Positions 38,587 to 47,488 of a DNA stretch of 64,000 bases are shown piece after piece (position 1 is the stretch's first letter; every line of letters starts with the position of its first letter). The position numbers were made by a program, and so were the translations under genes. This DNA comes from Planctomycetota bacterium (GTDB lineage: Bacteria > Planctomycetota > GCA-002687715 > CAIWVZ01): contig JBGANV010000001.1 in NCBI GenBank assembly GCA_044222185.1, positions 928,001 to 992,000 of the forward strand. The letters are read 5' to 3'. Under the pieces are notes generated by a model. It did no database searches and was not told the DNA's origin. It worked only from the letters and a program-made list of their open reading frames with translations.

Positions 38587-40524
38587 TCACTTCTTCACTT
38601 CGAAGTCGGCGTCGATGACGTTGTCGTCTCCGCCCTTGCCGCCCTTCCCGGGCTTGCCGTCGCCGGCACCTGGCCCGGCGCCCGCGGCGCCACCCGCGGC
38701 CGCGCCGGCCTCGGCACCCGAGTAGAGCTTTTCGGCCAACGTGTAGGACGCCTCCTGCAAGTCGGTGATGGCCTTCTCGATGGCCGCCGTGTCCTCGCGA
38801 TCCTTCTCGGCCTTAAGGTGCGACATTGCGGCTTCGATCTTCGACTTGGCTGCCGCATCGATCTTGTCGCCGTGCTGCTTCAGGTTCTTCTCGACCTCGT
38901 AGAGGATCATCTCGGCCTTGTTCCGCGCCTCGATGAGCTCACGCGCCTTCTTGTCGCTCTCGGCGTTGGATTCGGCCTCGCGGCGCATCCGCTCGATCTC
39001 GTCCTTCGAGAGTCCGGACGACGTCGTGATGCGGACCTGTTGCTCCTTGCCGGTCCCCTGATCCTTCGCGGAGACGTGCAGGATGCCGTTGGCGTCGATG
39101 TCGAACGTCACCTCGACCTTCGGCATGCCACGGGGAGCGGCGGGGATTCCCGCGAGGTCGAAACGGCCCAGCGTCCGGTTGTCTGCCGCGCGCGGACGCT
39201 CTCCCTGCAGGACGTGGATCGAAACGGTCGACTGGTTGTCCTCCGCGGTGCTGAACACCTGCGAGCGCTTCGTCGGGATCGTCGTGTTGCGCTCGATCAA
39301 CGGCGTCATGACGCCGCCGAGCGTCTCGATCCCCAGAGAAAGCGGCGTCACGTCGAGCAGGAGAACGTCACTTCGCTCGCCCGCCAGGATGCTGCCCTGG
39401 ACGGCGGCTCCAAGGGCGACGACCTCGTCGGGATTCACGCTGCGGTCCGGCTCCTTGCCGAACAGTTCCTTGACGAGTGCTTGGACGGCCGGAGTGCGAG
39501 TGGAACCGCCGACGAGGATGACCTTGTCGACCTGCGCCGGTTTCAGCTTGGCATCTTCGAGGGCGCGGAGCACCGGGCCCTTCGATCGTTGGATCAACGG
39601 ATCGACGAGCCGCTCGAACTCCGAGCGCTTGAGCGTGAACTGGAGGTGCTTGGGACCCGTCTTGTCCGCCGTGATGAACGGGAGGTTGATCTCCGTCTGG
39701 ACCGAGCTCGACAACTCGCACTTGGCCTTCTCGCAGGCTTCCTTCAGACGTTGCAGAGCCATGGCATCCTGCCGAAGGTCGATGCCGTTGTCCTTCTTGA
39801 ACTGCCCAGCGACGTGGTCGATGAGGACGTTGTCGAAGTCGTCACCGCCAAGGTGAGTGTCACCGTTCGTCGCGAGGACCTCGAACGTCTTGCCTTCCCC
39901 ACCGGCATCGGCGACTTCGAGGATCGAGATGTCGAACGTGCCGCCGCCGAGGTCGTAGATGGCGATCTTCTCGTTCTTCTTCTTGTCCAAGCCGTACGCG
40001 AGGGCGGCTGCCGTCGGCTCGTTGATGATGCGCACGACTTCCAGCCCGGCGATCGTCCCTGCGTCCTTGGTTGCCTGGCGCTGAGCGTCGTTGAAGTAGG
40101 CCGGGACGGTGATGACCGCTTTCGTGACGGCCTCGCCGAGGTGCGCCTCGGCGGTCTCCTTGAGCTTGCGAAGGATCTTCGCCGAGATCTCCGGCGGGGT
40201 GTGATCCTTGCCGCCGATGCGGACCTTCGCCAGGTCCCCAGTCCCGCCCACCAGCTCGTATGGAACCCGCTTCTCCTCGTCGCCGACCTCGGCCCGGCGG
40301 CGGCCCATGAAGCGCTTGATCGAGAAGATGGTCTTCTTCGGGTTCGTCACGGCCTGGCGCTTGGCCGATTGGCCGACGAGTTCCTCACCGCTGTCCGTGA
40401 ACGCGACGACCGAAGGCGTCGTCCGGTTCCCTTCCGCGTTCACGATCACCTGGGGCTCGCCGCCCTCGACGTATGCGACGACCGAGTTCGTGGTCCCGAG
40501 GTCGATTCCGATGATCTTTGGCAT
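38587..40524 (-). CDS. dnaK: molecular chaperone DnaK
   Basis: [45 protein letters not shown]-terminal [10 protein letters not shown]; GGAGG RBS. Confidence 0.99.
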   Translation of the reverse strand: MPKIIGIDLGTTNSVVAYVEGGEPQVIVNAEGNRTTPSVVAFTDSGEELVGQSAKRQAVTNPKKTIFSIKRFMGRRRAEVGDEEKRVPYELVGGTGDLAKVRIGGKDHTPPEISAKILRKLKETAEAHLGEAVTKAVITVPAYFNDAQRQATKDAGTIAGLEVVRIINEPTAAALAYGLDKKKNEKIAIYDLGGGTFDISILEVADAGGEGKTFEVLATNGDTHLGGDDFDNVLIDHVAGQFKKDNGIDLRQDAMALQRLKEACEKAKCELSSSVQTEINLPFITADKTGPKHLQFTLKRSEFERLVDPLIQRSKGPVLRALEDAKLKPAQVDKVILVGGSTRTPAVQALVKELFGKEPDRSVNPDEVVALGAAVQGSILAGERSDVLLLDVTPLSLGIETLGGVMTPLIERNTTIPTKRSQVFSTAEDNQSTVSIHVLQGERPRAADNRTLGRFDLAGIPAAPRGMPKVEVTFDIDANGILHVSAKDQGTGKEQQVRITTSSGLSKDEIERMRREAESNAESDKKARELIEARNKAEMILYEVEKNLKQHGDKIDAAAKSKIEAAMSHLKAEKDREDTAAIEKAITDLQEASYTLAEKLYSGAEAGAAAGGAAGAGPGAGDGKPGKGGKGGDDNVIDADFEVKK

Positions 40525-40607
40525 GGCTCTCCACCTCCGCCCTCGTGGGCGGCGCATCGGGCGCCACCCGGGAAAACGGACAATTTGTTCGATCGAAACG
40601 GCGCAGA

Positions 40608-40624
40608 AGCAACGTGAGTGCCAG
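40608..40624 (-). promoter_or_regulatory. sigma-54 (-24/-12) promoter of dnaK
   Basis: Minus strand CTGGCACTCACGTTGCT is an exact TGGCAC-N5-TTGCW match, 84 bp upstream of the ATG. Confidence 0.75.
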
Positions 40625-40749
40625 ACGCGCGCCGTCGTTCACGCGCCAGCGGCAGCGGTGGAGTCGCCTTGTTTCAGGCGGAGTCAGGCCCATGTCGCCG
40701 CTCTCGGAGTTTCGGATCACCGCGACGCTTCGCGCCGGCGCCTCGGAGC

Positions 40750-40762
40750 TGACAAATTGTCA
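40750..40762. promoter_or_regulatory. palindromic candidate upstream activator site
   Basis: TGACAA-A-TTGTCA perfect inverted repeat, AT-rich in GC-rich DNA, ~130 bp upstream of the -24 element. Confidence 0.5.
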
Positions 40763-40773
40763 CAGCCGGACCG

Positions 40774-42135
40774 TCAGGTCATGCCGTACTCTTTGAGCTT
40801 CCTGTAGAGGGTGCGTTCCGAGATGCCGAGAGCCTTCGCGACCTTCGCCCGGTTCCCCTCATGACGCTCGAGATTCATGCGGATGAGTTCGCGTTCCACC
40901 CGTTTGAGCGTCATCCCCTCGAGCGCGCCGACCGGCACGAGCGCCGTTCCCGGGCGCACTTCCTGCAACTCCTGTGGGATTGCGTCAGGCTCGATCCACT
41001 CCTTCTTCGTGAGGAGCACCATGGTTTCGAGTGAGTTCTGGAGCTCGCGGACGTTCCCAGGCCAGTCGTACTGAACCAGGAGCCGCATCGCATCGGGCGA
41101 CACGCCCCGGACGGTTCGGCCATGCCGCCGCGCGAATTCCGCGACGAAACGCTCGGCGAGCAGCGGGATGTCTCCGCGGCGTTCGCGCAGGGGCGGAACG
41201 CTGATGGCGACGACTTTCAGCCGGTAATAGAGGTCTTCACGGAAAGTCCCGCGTCGGACCTCCTGCTCGAGGTTCTTGTGCGTCGCCGCGATGAGCCGGA
41301 CGTCCACGTCGATCGGCTGGTTGCTCCCGACGCGTGTGATGCGGCGCTCCTGGATCACGCGAAGCAGTTTCACCTGGACGGGAAGCGGCATGTCGCCCAC
41401 TTCGTCCAGGAACAGGGTGCCCTTGTCGGCGAATTCGAATCGCCCCTCCCGCGCGGACGCCGCGCCCGTGAATGCGCCCTTCTCGTGGCCAAACAGCTCG
41501 GAATCGAGAAGTCCCTCGGAGAGGGCGGCGCAGTTCAGCGCGACGAATGGCTTGTTGCGGCGTGGCGAAAGCCCATGGATCGCCTTCGCGACGAGTTCCT
41601 TGCCGGTGCCGCTCTCGCCGAGGATGAGGACGGTGGCGTTCGTGGGCGCGACTTGCGTCACGAGATCGAAGACCCGCATCATGGGAGCCGTCGTCGCGAC
41701 GATCTCCGTGAAATCGCCGAGCGTCGGCTCGGCCCGCGCCGGCAGGTCCGAGCGGCGGCGGCTCCGGCCTTCGATCGACCGCGCGACGACGCGCCTGACG
41801 TGATCGATGTCGAGCGGCTTGGTGAAGTAATAGGCCGCGCCGAGCTGCATGGACTCGACCGCATCCTCGATCGTCCCGGCGGCGGAAACGAACATGACGT
41901 CCGTCGACGGCGCCACTTGTTGCGCCGTCGTGAGCAGCTCGGTCGCTCGCCGATCACCGACGATCACGTCGGTGATGACGGCCTGATAGGGCTCGCCTCC
42001 GAGCCGCTTCTGGGCGTCGGGGATCGAAGACGACATCTCGACGTCATAGCCGCTGCGACGCAGCGCCTCGGCCAACGTCGTCGCGTGGCCGTGATCCGGT
42101 TCGACGAGCAGGATGCGCGAGCGTGGAGTCGTCAC
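40774..42135 (-). CDS. sigma-54-dependent response regulator (NtrC family)
   Basis: REC (ITDV, FTKP), GESGTGKE, intact GAFTGA, FLDEVG, FREDLYYRL, WPGNVREL, HTH ALGISERTLYRK. Confidence 0.95.
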   Translation of the reverse strand: MTTPRSRILLVEPDHGHATTLAEALRRSGYDVEMSSSIPDAQKRLGGEPYQAVITDVIVGDRRATELLTTAQQVAPSTDVMFVSAAGTIEDAVESMQLGAAYYFTKPLDIDHVRRVVARSIEGRSRRRSDLPARAEPTLGDFTEIVATTAPMMRVFDLVTQVAPTNATVLILGESGTGKELVAKAIHGLSPRRNKPFVALNCAALSEGLLDSELFGHEKGAFTGAASAREGRFEFADKGTLFLDEVGDMPLPVQVKLLRVIQERRITRVGSNQPIDVDVRLIAATHKNLEQEVRRGTFREDLYYRLKVVAISVPPLRERRGDIPLLAERFVAEFARRHGRTVRGVSPDAMRLLVQYDWPGNVRELQNSLETMVLLTKKEWIEPDAIPQELQEVRPGTALVPVGALEGMTLKRVERELIRMNLERHEGNRAKVAKALGISERTLYRKLKEYGMT

Positions 42136-42845
42136 GACGAGCCTCCCGCAGCGCCCGGAATCGGCAACGTCACGAGGATGCGCGTTCCAAGTCCGACCGC
42201 GCTCTCGCACCGGACGGTCCCACCGTGCTGTTCCACGATTCGCCGGGCAAGGCATAGGCCCACGCCCTGTGCCCCGGGGCGAGTGCTCGAGAAAGCATCG
42301 AAAACCCTCGGAATGAAGGCAGGGTCGATGCCGCGTCCAGTGTCGATCACGCGCAGTTCGATGGTCGCCGCCGTCGTGAAAGTCTGTGCCGTCAGCGTCC
42401 CGCCCCCGTCCATCGCCTGAAGCGCGTTGTGCAGGAAACTCATGAGAGCCTGGCGAAACCACGCCGGATCGATGTCGACGGGCTTCAGTCGACGGTCCAG
42501 TTGAAGAACGCTGGTGACGTTCCGCCGCGACATGTCGGCCTGCACCGAGGCGACCGCATCCTCGATCAAGGAGTTCAGATCGACGGGTGCGAGCGAGAGC
42601 TCCGGCTCGCGTTGAAGGCGGACGAAGTCGCCGATGATGCGCTCCATGCGTCCGGCCTCGATCACCAACGCCTCGACGCGCCGCAGGCTCTCGTTCGAGG
42701 CTTCATCCTTCCTTCCTGCGAGTTCCTCCCGCAGGAGCGCGAGCGTCATGACGATCGTCGAGAGCGGGTTCTTGAGCTCCTGAACGACGGCTGCACTCAG
42801 CGCGTCCAACTGCTCGAGTCGTGAATTCTGACTTCCCTGGCGCAT
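42132..42845 (-). CDS. sensor-less histidine kinase-like protein with His->Gln in the H-box
   Basis: VVQELKNPLSTI (canonical xxHELKNPL), N-box HNALQAM, G1 DTGRGI, F-box VFDAF, G2 GVGLCLA. Confidence 0.85.
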   Translation of the reverse strand: MRQGSQNSRLEQLDALSAAVVQELKNPLSTIVMTLALLREELAGRKDEASNESLRRVEALVIEAGRMERIIGDFVRLQREPELSLAPVDLNSLIEDAVASVQADMSRRNVTSVLQLDRRLKPVDIDPAWFRQALMSFLHNALQAMDGGGTLTAQTFTTAATIELRVIDTGRGIDPAFIPRVFDAFSSTRPGAQGVGLCLARRIVEQHGGTVRCESAVGLGTRILVTLPIPGAAGGSS

Positions 42846-42935
42846 GTCGCGTCCGTGATCGGTGCGGTAGATTAGGCTCGCCTGCAGCGCGGCTCAACAC
42901 GCGACCGGAACCGGCGGTATGCGTGTGGGCACGAG

Positions 42936-44021
42936 ATGACGCAACCGATGCCCGAAATCCACACGCTCATCGACGCGACCACGACCGCCCGTGCGATCGA
43001 AACGGCAGGGGCCGCGCTCGACGCGGGCGGAGTCGTCCTCGTCCCGACAGATACGGTCTATGGGCTCGCGTGCCGTGCGGCCTTCCCCGCCGCGGTCGAT
43101 CGGATCTTCGCGATGAAGGGGAGGCCCGCGGACAAACGTCTCCCCTACCTCCTCGCGGACGCCGAACAGGTCGAGACGTTCGTCAACTCGGTCCCAAGAC
43201 GAGCTCGCCGACTCATGGCCCGGTTCTGGCCCGGAGCTCTCACACTCGTTCTGGGGGCGGAGGGTCGGACCGTCGCGCTCCGAGTTCCGGATCACGAGGC
43301 TCTCCGCGCGGTCCTCCGCCGGGCCGCCGGGCCGGTCCAGGCGACCAGCGCCAACAAGTCCGGCGAGCCGGCCACGGTGCGATTCGAAGAGGCGTTCGCT
43401 GCCGTCGGGGCCCACGTCGACGTGGCGATCGACGGTGGAACTGCCTCCCGATCGCGAGAATCCACCCTCGTCCAGGTCACCGATGACGGCGTCGTGACCG
43501 TTCTACGGGAAGGCGCCATCAGCCGGGACGCACTCCGCACCGAGGTGCCGTTCACCATCCTGGTCGTCTGCACCGGAAACACCTGCCGCAGTCCCATGGC
43601 CGCGGCGGTCCTCACGAACGCCCTCGCAAACACACTTTCAGTGCCTCCACCTGCCCTCGAATCGGCGGGCTTCCGGGTCCTCTCGGCTGGCGTCAGCGCG
43701 ATCGACGGCTTTCCGGCGAGCCACGGGGCGCGCCAGGTCGTTGGAAGGCTCGGGCTGGATCTGTCCGCGCATCGCTCGAAGGCCCTGACCTCCCGCGCGG
43801 TGGACGACGCCGACCTGGTGCTGGTCCTGACGACGGAACATCGCGGTCGCGTTCAATCCCTCGTTCGCGGCGCCATGCCGCCGCCGGTCGAGCTCCTCGA
43901 TCCATCAGGGAAGGACATCCCCGATCCGTTCGGAGGAGGTCCCCAGGAGTACGCAGCGTGTCTCGATGCGATCGCCGCCGCCGTCGCCTCCCGCCTCCCA
44001 GGACTCGTTTCCCGGAACTGA
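42936..44021 (+). CDS. tsaC: fused threonylcarbamoyl-AMP synthase (TsaC/YrdC) and low-molecular-weight phosphatase (YwlE-like)
   Basis: PTDTVYGL, KGRP, FWPGALTL, SANKSG; C-terminal VVCTGNTCRSPMA, SAG, DIPDPFGG. Confidence 0.9.
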   Translation: MTQPMPEIHTLIDATTTARAIETAGAALDAGGVVLVPTDTVYGLACRAAFPAAVDRIFAMKGRPADKRLPYLLADAEQVETFVNSVPRRARRLMARFWPGALTLVLGAEGRTVALRVPDHEALRAVLRRAAGPVQATSANKSGEPATVRFEEAFAAVGAHVDVAIDGGTASRSRESTLVQVTDDGVVTVLREGAISRDALRTEVPFTILVVCTGNTCRSPMAAAVLTNALANTLSVPPPALESAGFRVLSAGVSAIDGFPASHGARQVVGRLGLDLSAHRSKALTSRAVDDADLVLVLTTEHRGRVQSLVRGAMPPPVELLDPSGKDIPDPFGGGPQEYAACLDAIAAAVASRLPGLVSRN

Positions 44022-44094
44022 GCGGCCGACGGAAATCGCTGGGCGCGGAGAAAAAAGGCCGCAAACGCAGCGTTCTGTCCGTATAGACACGTGC

Positions 44095-44234
44095 TCAGAC
44101 AAAAGTTGCCAGGGTTGTGTTCCAGCACGTAAAACGCTGAGATTCCATCTTTTTTCCTTTCTCCTATTCCAACGAGCAGTTTCCTTGGCAACGCTTCTTC
44201 GACGCGCCCGGCAGTGAGCCGGGCGCTTTTTTTT
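44095..44234 (+). ncRNA. candidate small RNA (or structured 3' UTR)
   Basis: AT-rich island; GTTGCCAGGG (44105-14) can pair with CCTTGGCAAC (44183-92) around a CU-rich loop; ends in a strong terminator; 5' end is a guess. Confidence 0.3.
44204..44234 (+). terminator. rho-independent terminator
   Basis: GCGCCCGGC-AGTGA-GCCGGGCGC followed by T8. Confidence 0.88.
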
Positions 44235-44713
44235 GCCCGGACGAGGTTCCGACGGAGCTGCAGATGGCGGGGCGCGACTGTGGCGCGGGCTCAGGGACTA
44301 CCCCGGAAAAGAAACCGAGCCCCGCGCGGGCGGAACCGCGGGGGCTCAGGTGGAAGACGTCAGCGCTAGAGAGGGCGGTTGGGGAGGGAAATCAATTCTC
44401 CGGCAGCCAAGTCTCCGTCCCCGCATCCGGCCGCGCGCCAGAACAAGCCACGCGGTCGTCCACGAGAACGCGTGCGTTATACCCGCACGCTGCCGTTTCC
44501 GCCAGTGTGGAAAACTGGCGATCCAAACGTCCCAACGCCCGTGAAGAAGCCGGCTTACTCGTGCGCCGCGTCCACCGGCCGGTTGTGAATTGGATGTGAA
44601 GTCGCGCTCCCTTTCCGGAAAGCTGAGCGACCTCCAGCAGCCAACCCTGTCACTGGCAATGGGTTAGGCGTGGCGCACCGGATCGCGGCCGGCGGGCGCG
44701 CCCGCCGGACACG

Positions 44714-47488
44714 TCACCTGGACTTCACGATCCGAACCTCGCGGCTGGCTTTTTCGCCTGGACGAAGCTCGAACATCTCGTCCTTCACCTCGTAGCCGGC
44801 GCGCACGAGCGTGATCTTGATCTGTTCGCCGGCCGGGACCTTCGAGATCTCCAGCCTCCCCTGGATGTCCGTGTTTCCGCCGCCGGGCCGCGTCGGATTG
44901 ACTGGCACCGGGCGCTGCTGCGAGTCGAACACGCGTGGGATCACGGACGGCACGGGCTCGCCCAGATCATCCTTGACCACGAGCGAGATCGATGCGGCCG
45001 GACGCACGGTCTCGTTGTGTTGGAGCTGCTGACCGTCGGCGAGCGTCAACCGCACGGACGCGGGGTCCACATAGCCCGTGGATTCGAACTGCAGGAGGTA
45101 GTCCCCTGGCGGCAACCCCGCGACTCGGTATTCGCCCGACGTCGACGTGCGCGCGGACCAGAGCGTTCGGCCACCCGCGCCCGCGGGGACTCCCTTCACG
45201 TCGGAACCCACGAGCTGAACCTTCACCTCCATGTCGGGGATCGGCTCGCCTTGCGGCCCGCGGATCGCTCCGAAGATCGTTGCGCCGGATCGGAGTGGGA
45301 TCGTCCCGACGTCCGTCGTCGCCGACCCGTCGACCCGAAGCTCGACCGGCGTCGACGGAGCGAACTCCGTCGCCACGATCTCCAGGCTGTAGGTCCCCGG
45401 ATCGACGTTCTGGATGCGGAAGATCCCGCCCGGATCGTGGTACTGCTCCTCCGTGTTCGAATAGCCCGCCGTGAGGCCGCCGGTGCCCCCCTTCCGGTTG
45501 GGCCGTTGGCCGCCGCCTGCGGAGAGCGGGTGCAACAGGACGTTGAAATCCTGGACCGGAGACCCGTTCGGAGCGACGACGGCACCAACGACCATTCCAT
45601 GCCCGACCAACTGGAAGTCGACTGCGGTGGAACCAGCCTGGACGTCGTCACGCGGAAGCGACGTCAGCGACTCGGCAGCCTTCTCGGCCTTGACCCGGTA
45701 TGGACCCTTGTTGAGCCGAAGCAACCGGTAATCCCCGTTCTTGTCGGTGGTCGCCGAAATCGGCTGCTCGTTTCGCTCGAACCACCAGGCCAGGATGGAC
45801 GCCCCCTCCGACGGCATGCCGTCCTTGCCGAGCACCCGTCCCGTGATCGAGAAGGCCCGCTGAAGAGTGAAATCGTGGACGAGCTCTTCCTCGAGATCCT
45901 TGATCGTGAGGGTGACCTTGTCGACGAGGACGTACTCGGGATTGTCGACGCGGACGGCGTACTGGCCGGGCCACAGGAGATCGACCTTGAACGTGCCGTC
46001 CGGCCCGGTCGTGATCGTTCGGTGCCCTGGCTGTCCGACGTCCAGTTCCTTCGCGAACCAGACCGGCACGTATTGCGGGACCTCGATGTCCACCAGTGTG
46101 TTTGCCACCGGCGCGTGGTTTTCGTCGACGACGGTCCCTCGGATGATGGCCCCCCGCGGCAACTTGACCGAGAGGCCTTCCTTGATCTCGGCGGGTCCGA
46201 CCGTGAACTCGTCGCTGACGTTCACGGCCATTCCATCGGCCACGGCGGCGAGCTTGTACTTCACTCCCGCGCCCAGGTCGTCGACGAGGAACGTCCCGTC
46301 GGCGCCCGTCACGGCCTCCGCCGGGTTGCGAACGGGGTAGAACAGCGTGCGGTTCTCGGCGACGAAGACTTTCGCATTCGCGACCGGCGCGCCCATGCTG
46401 TTGGTGATGACCCCGGCGGCGCGGCCTGCGGGCTGGATCTTGAACTGGATCCGCGGTCCGTCCTTCGCCGGATCGAATCGATCGTCACCGGTGAGCGTCT
46501 TCACCTCGTTCAGGGTCGTGTATCGCTTCCCGGTGAGGCTGAACCGGATCGGAGCGGCCTTCACGCCCGTCAGGCGGAAACGGCCCTTCGCGTCCGTTTT
46601 CGACACCCAGCGCGGCACGAGCGTGTCCTGTGCGCGAACGGTGATGTCGGGGACCGGCGTCTGCTTGAGTGCGTCGAGGACCTCGCCTTCCACGACCAAG
46701 CCGAGGTGGACCTTGAAGTTCACGACGTTCTGGCTGCCCTGAACGATCGTGTGATCCTCGACCACGTCGTCGTAGTCCGGGTGATACAGCATGAACTTCA
46801 CGAGCTTCGCCGGTACGCCCTCGAACTGGAACTTCCCGTTCGCGTCCGTCAGGACCTCTTCCTTCCAGCGGAACGTCGCGTTCAGGTCCTTGTTGCTCTC
46901 GGGGGTCTGGAACCAGCCCTTGATGTTCACGTCCTTCACCGGCTTCCCGGAGTCGGCGTCGACCACCTGGCCGTTCACAGGTGTTCCGGCCAGCAGCGTG
47001 AAGTCGACGTGCGCTCCGACCGGCACCCGGTCCTTGATGGACGAGATGAACCCGGGCTTCGCGGCTCGGAGAACCAGGGTGTCCCCGATTCGAAGCTTCT
47101 TCAGGGAGTACGCCCCCTTGTCGTCGCTGACGGTGTACTCGACGACCTCCTCGCGCCAGCTGCGATCCGGTGGCCGGTTGCTGTCCCGGACGAAGTCGTA
47201 CCGGATGATCTGGACCGAGACTTCGGGGACGGGCTGGTTGTATTCGTCCTTGATCGTCCCCTCGATCACGTCCTTGGGCGGCTGCGCGGCGACCGGACCA
47301 GGCACGTCCGGGGTCGGAACGGCCCGATCCACGGTTGGTTTCGTGGCGGTGACAGGGTCCGGAGCGGTCACGGAGTGCGGTTGAGGCTTGTGCTGTCCAC
47401 CGGAATCACCACCGGTGAGCTGGATGCCGAAATAGACGGCGGCTCCGACCAAGGCCAGCACAAGAACCGCGGTTAGCGCGCGTTGCAC
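44714..47488 (-). CDS. large membrane-anchored protein with tandem carboxypeptidase-regulatory-like (beta-sandwich) repeats
   Basis: N-terminal TM, Pro-rich linker, ~8 repeats of GxVxD..GxPV..xxV....TDxxGxF; GGAGA RBS before GTG at 47488. Confidence 0.85.
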   Translation of the reverse strand: MQRALTAVLVLALVGAAVYFGIQLTGGDSGGQHKPQPHSVTAPDPVTATKPTVDRAVPTPDVPGPVAAQPPKDVIEGTIKDEYNQPVPEVSVQIIRYDFVRDSNRPPDRSWREEVVEYTVSDDKGAYSLKKLRIGDTLVLRAAKPGFISSIKDRVPVGAHVDFTLLAGTPVNGQVVDADSGKPVKDVNIKGWFQTPESNKDLNATFRWKEEVLTDANGKFQFEGVPAKLVKFMLYHPDYDDVVEDHTIVQGSQNVVNFKVHLGLVVEGEVLDALKQTPVPDITVRAQDTLVPRWVSKTDAKGRFRLTGVKAAPIRFSLTGKRYTTLNEVKTLTGDDRFDPAKDGPRIQFKIQPAGRAAGVITNSMGAPVANAKVFVAENRTLFYPVRNPAEAVTGADGTFLVDDLGAGVKYKLAAVADGMAVNVSDEFTVGPAEIKEGLSVKLPRGAIIRGTVVDENHAPVANTLVDIEVPQYVPVWFAKELDVGQPGHRTITTGPDGTFKVDLLWPGQYAVRVDNPEYVLVDKVTLTIKDLEEELVHDFTLQRAFSITGRVLGKDGMPSEGASILAWWFERNEQPISATTDKNGDYRLLRLNKGPYRVKAEKAAESLTSLPRDDVQAGSTAVDFQLVGHGMVVGAVVAPNGSPVQDFNVLLHPLSAGGGQRPNRKGGTGGLTAGYSNTEEQYHDPGGIFRIQNVDPGTYSLEIVATEFAPSTPVELRVDGSATTDVGTIPLRSGATIFGAIRGPQGEPIPDMEVKVQLVGSDVKGVPAGAGGRTLWSARTSTSGEYRVAGLPPGDYLLQFESTGYVDPASVRLTLADGQQLQHNETVRPAASISLVVKDDLGEPVPSVIPRVFDSQQRPVPVNPTRPGGGNTDIQGRLEISKVPAGEQIKITLVRAGYEVKDEMFELRPGEKASREVRIVKSR

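Noticed and set aside
38434-40617. 727-aa ORF antisense to dnaK
   Set aside because: A well-known artefact: an open antisense frame opposite high-GC hsp70 genes. The same applies to 45017..47476, 21488..22993 and 13929..15608.
40608-40640. CIRCE element upstream of dnaK (GAGTGCCA resembles one arm)
   Set aside because: No matching TTAGCACTC arm 9 nt away; the same bases fit a sigma-54 -24/-12 site exactly.
44095-44234. 6S RNA, tmRNA, SRP or tRNA identity for the AT-rich structured island
   Set aside because: No long irregular duplex with a central bubble, no tRNA-like ends or T-loop, and no SRP GNRA domain; kept only as an unclassified sRNA candidate.
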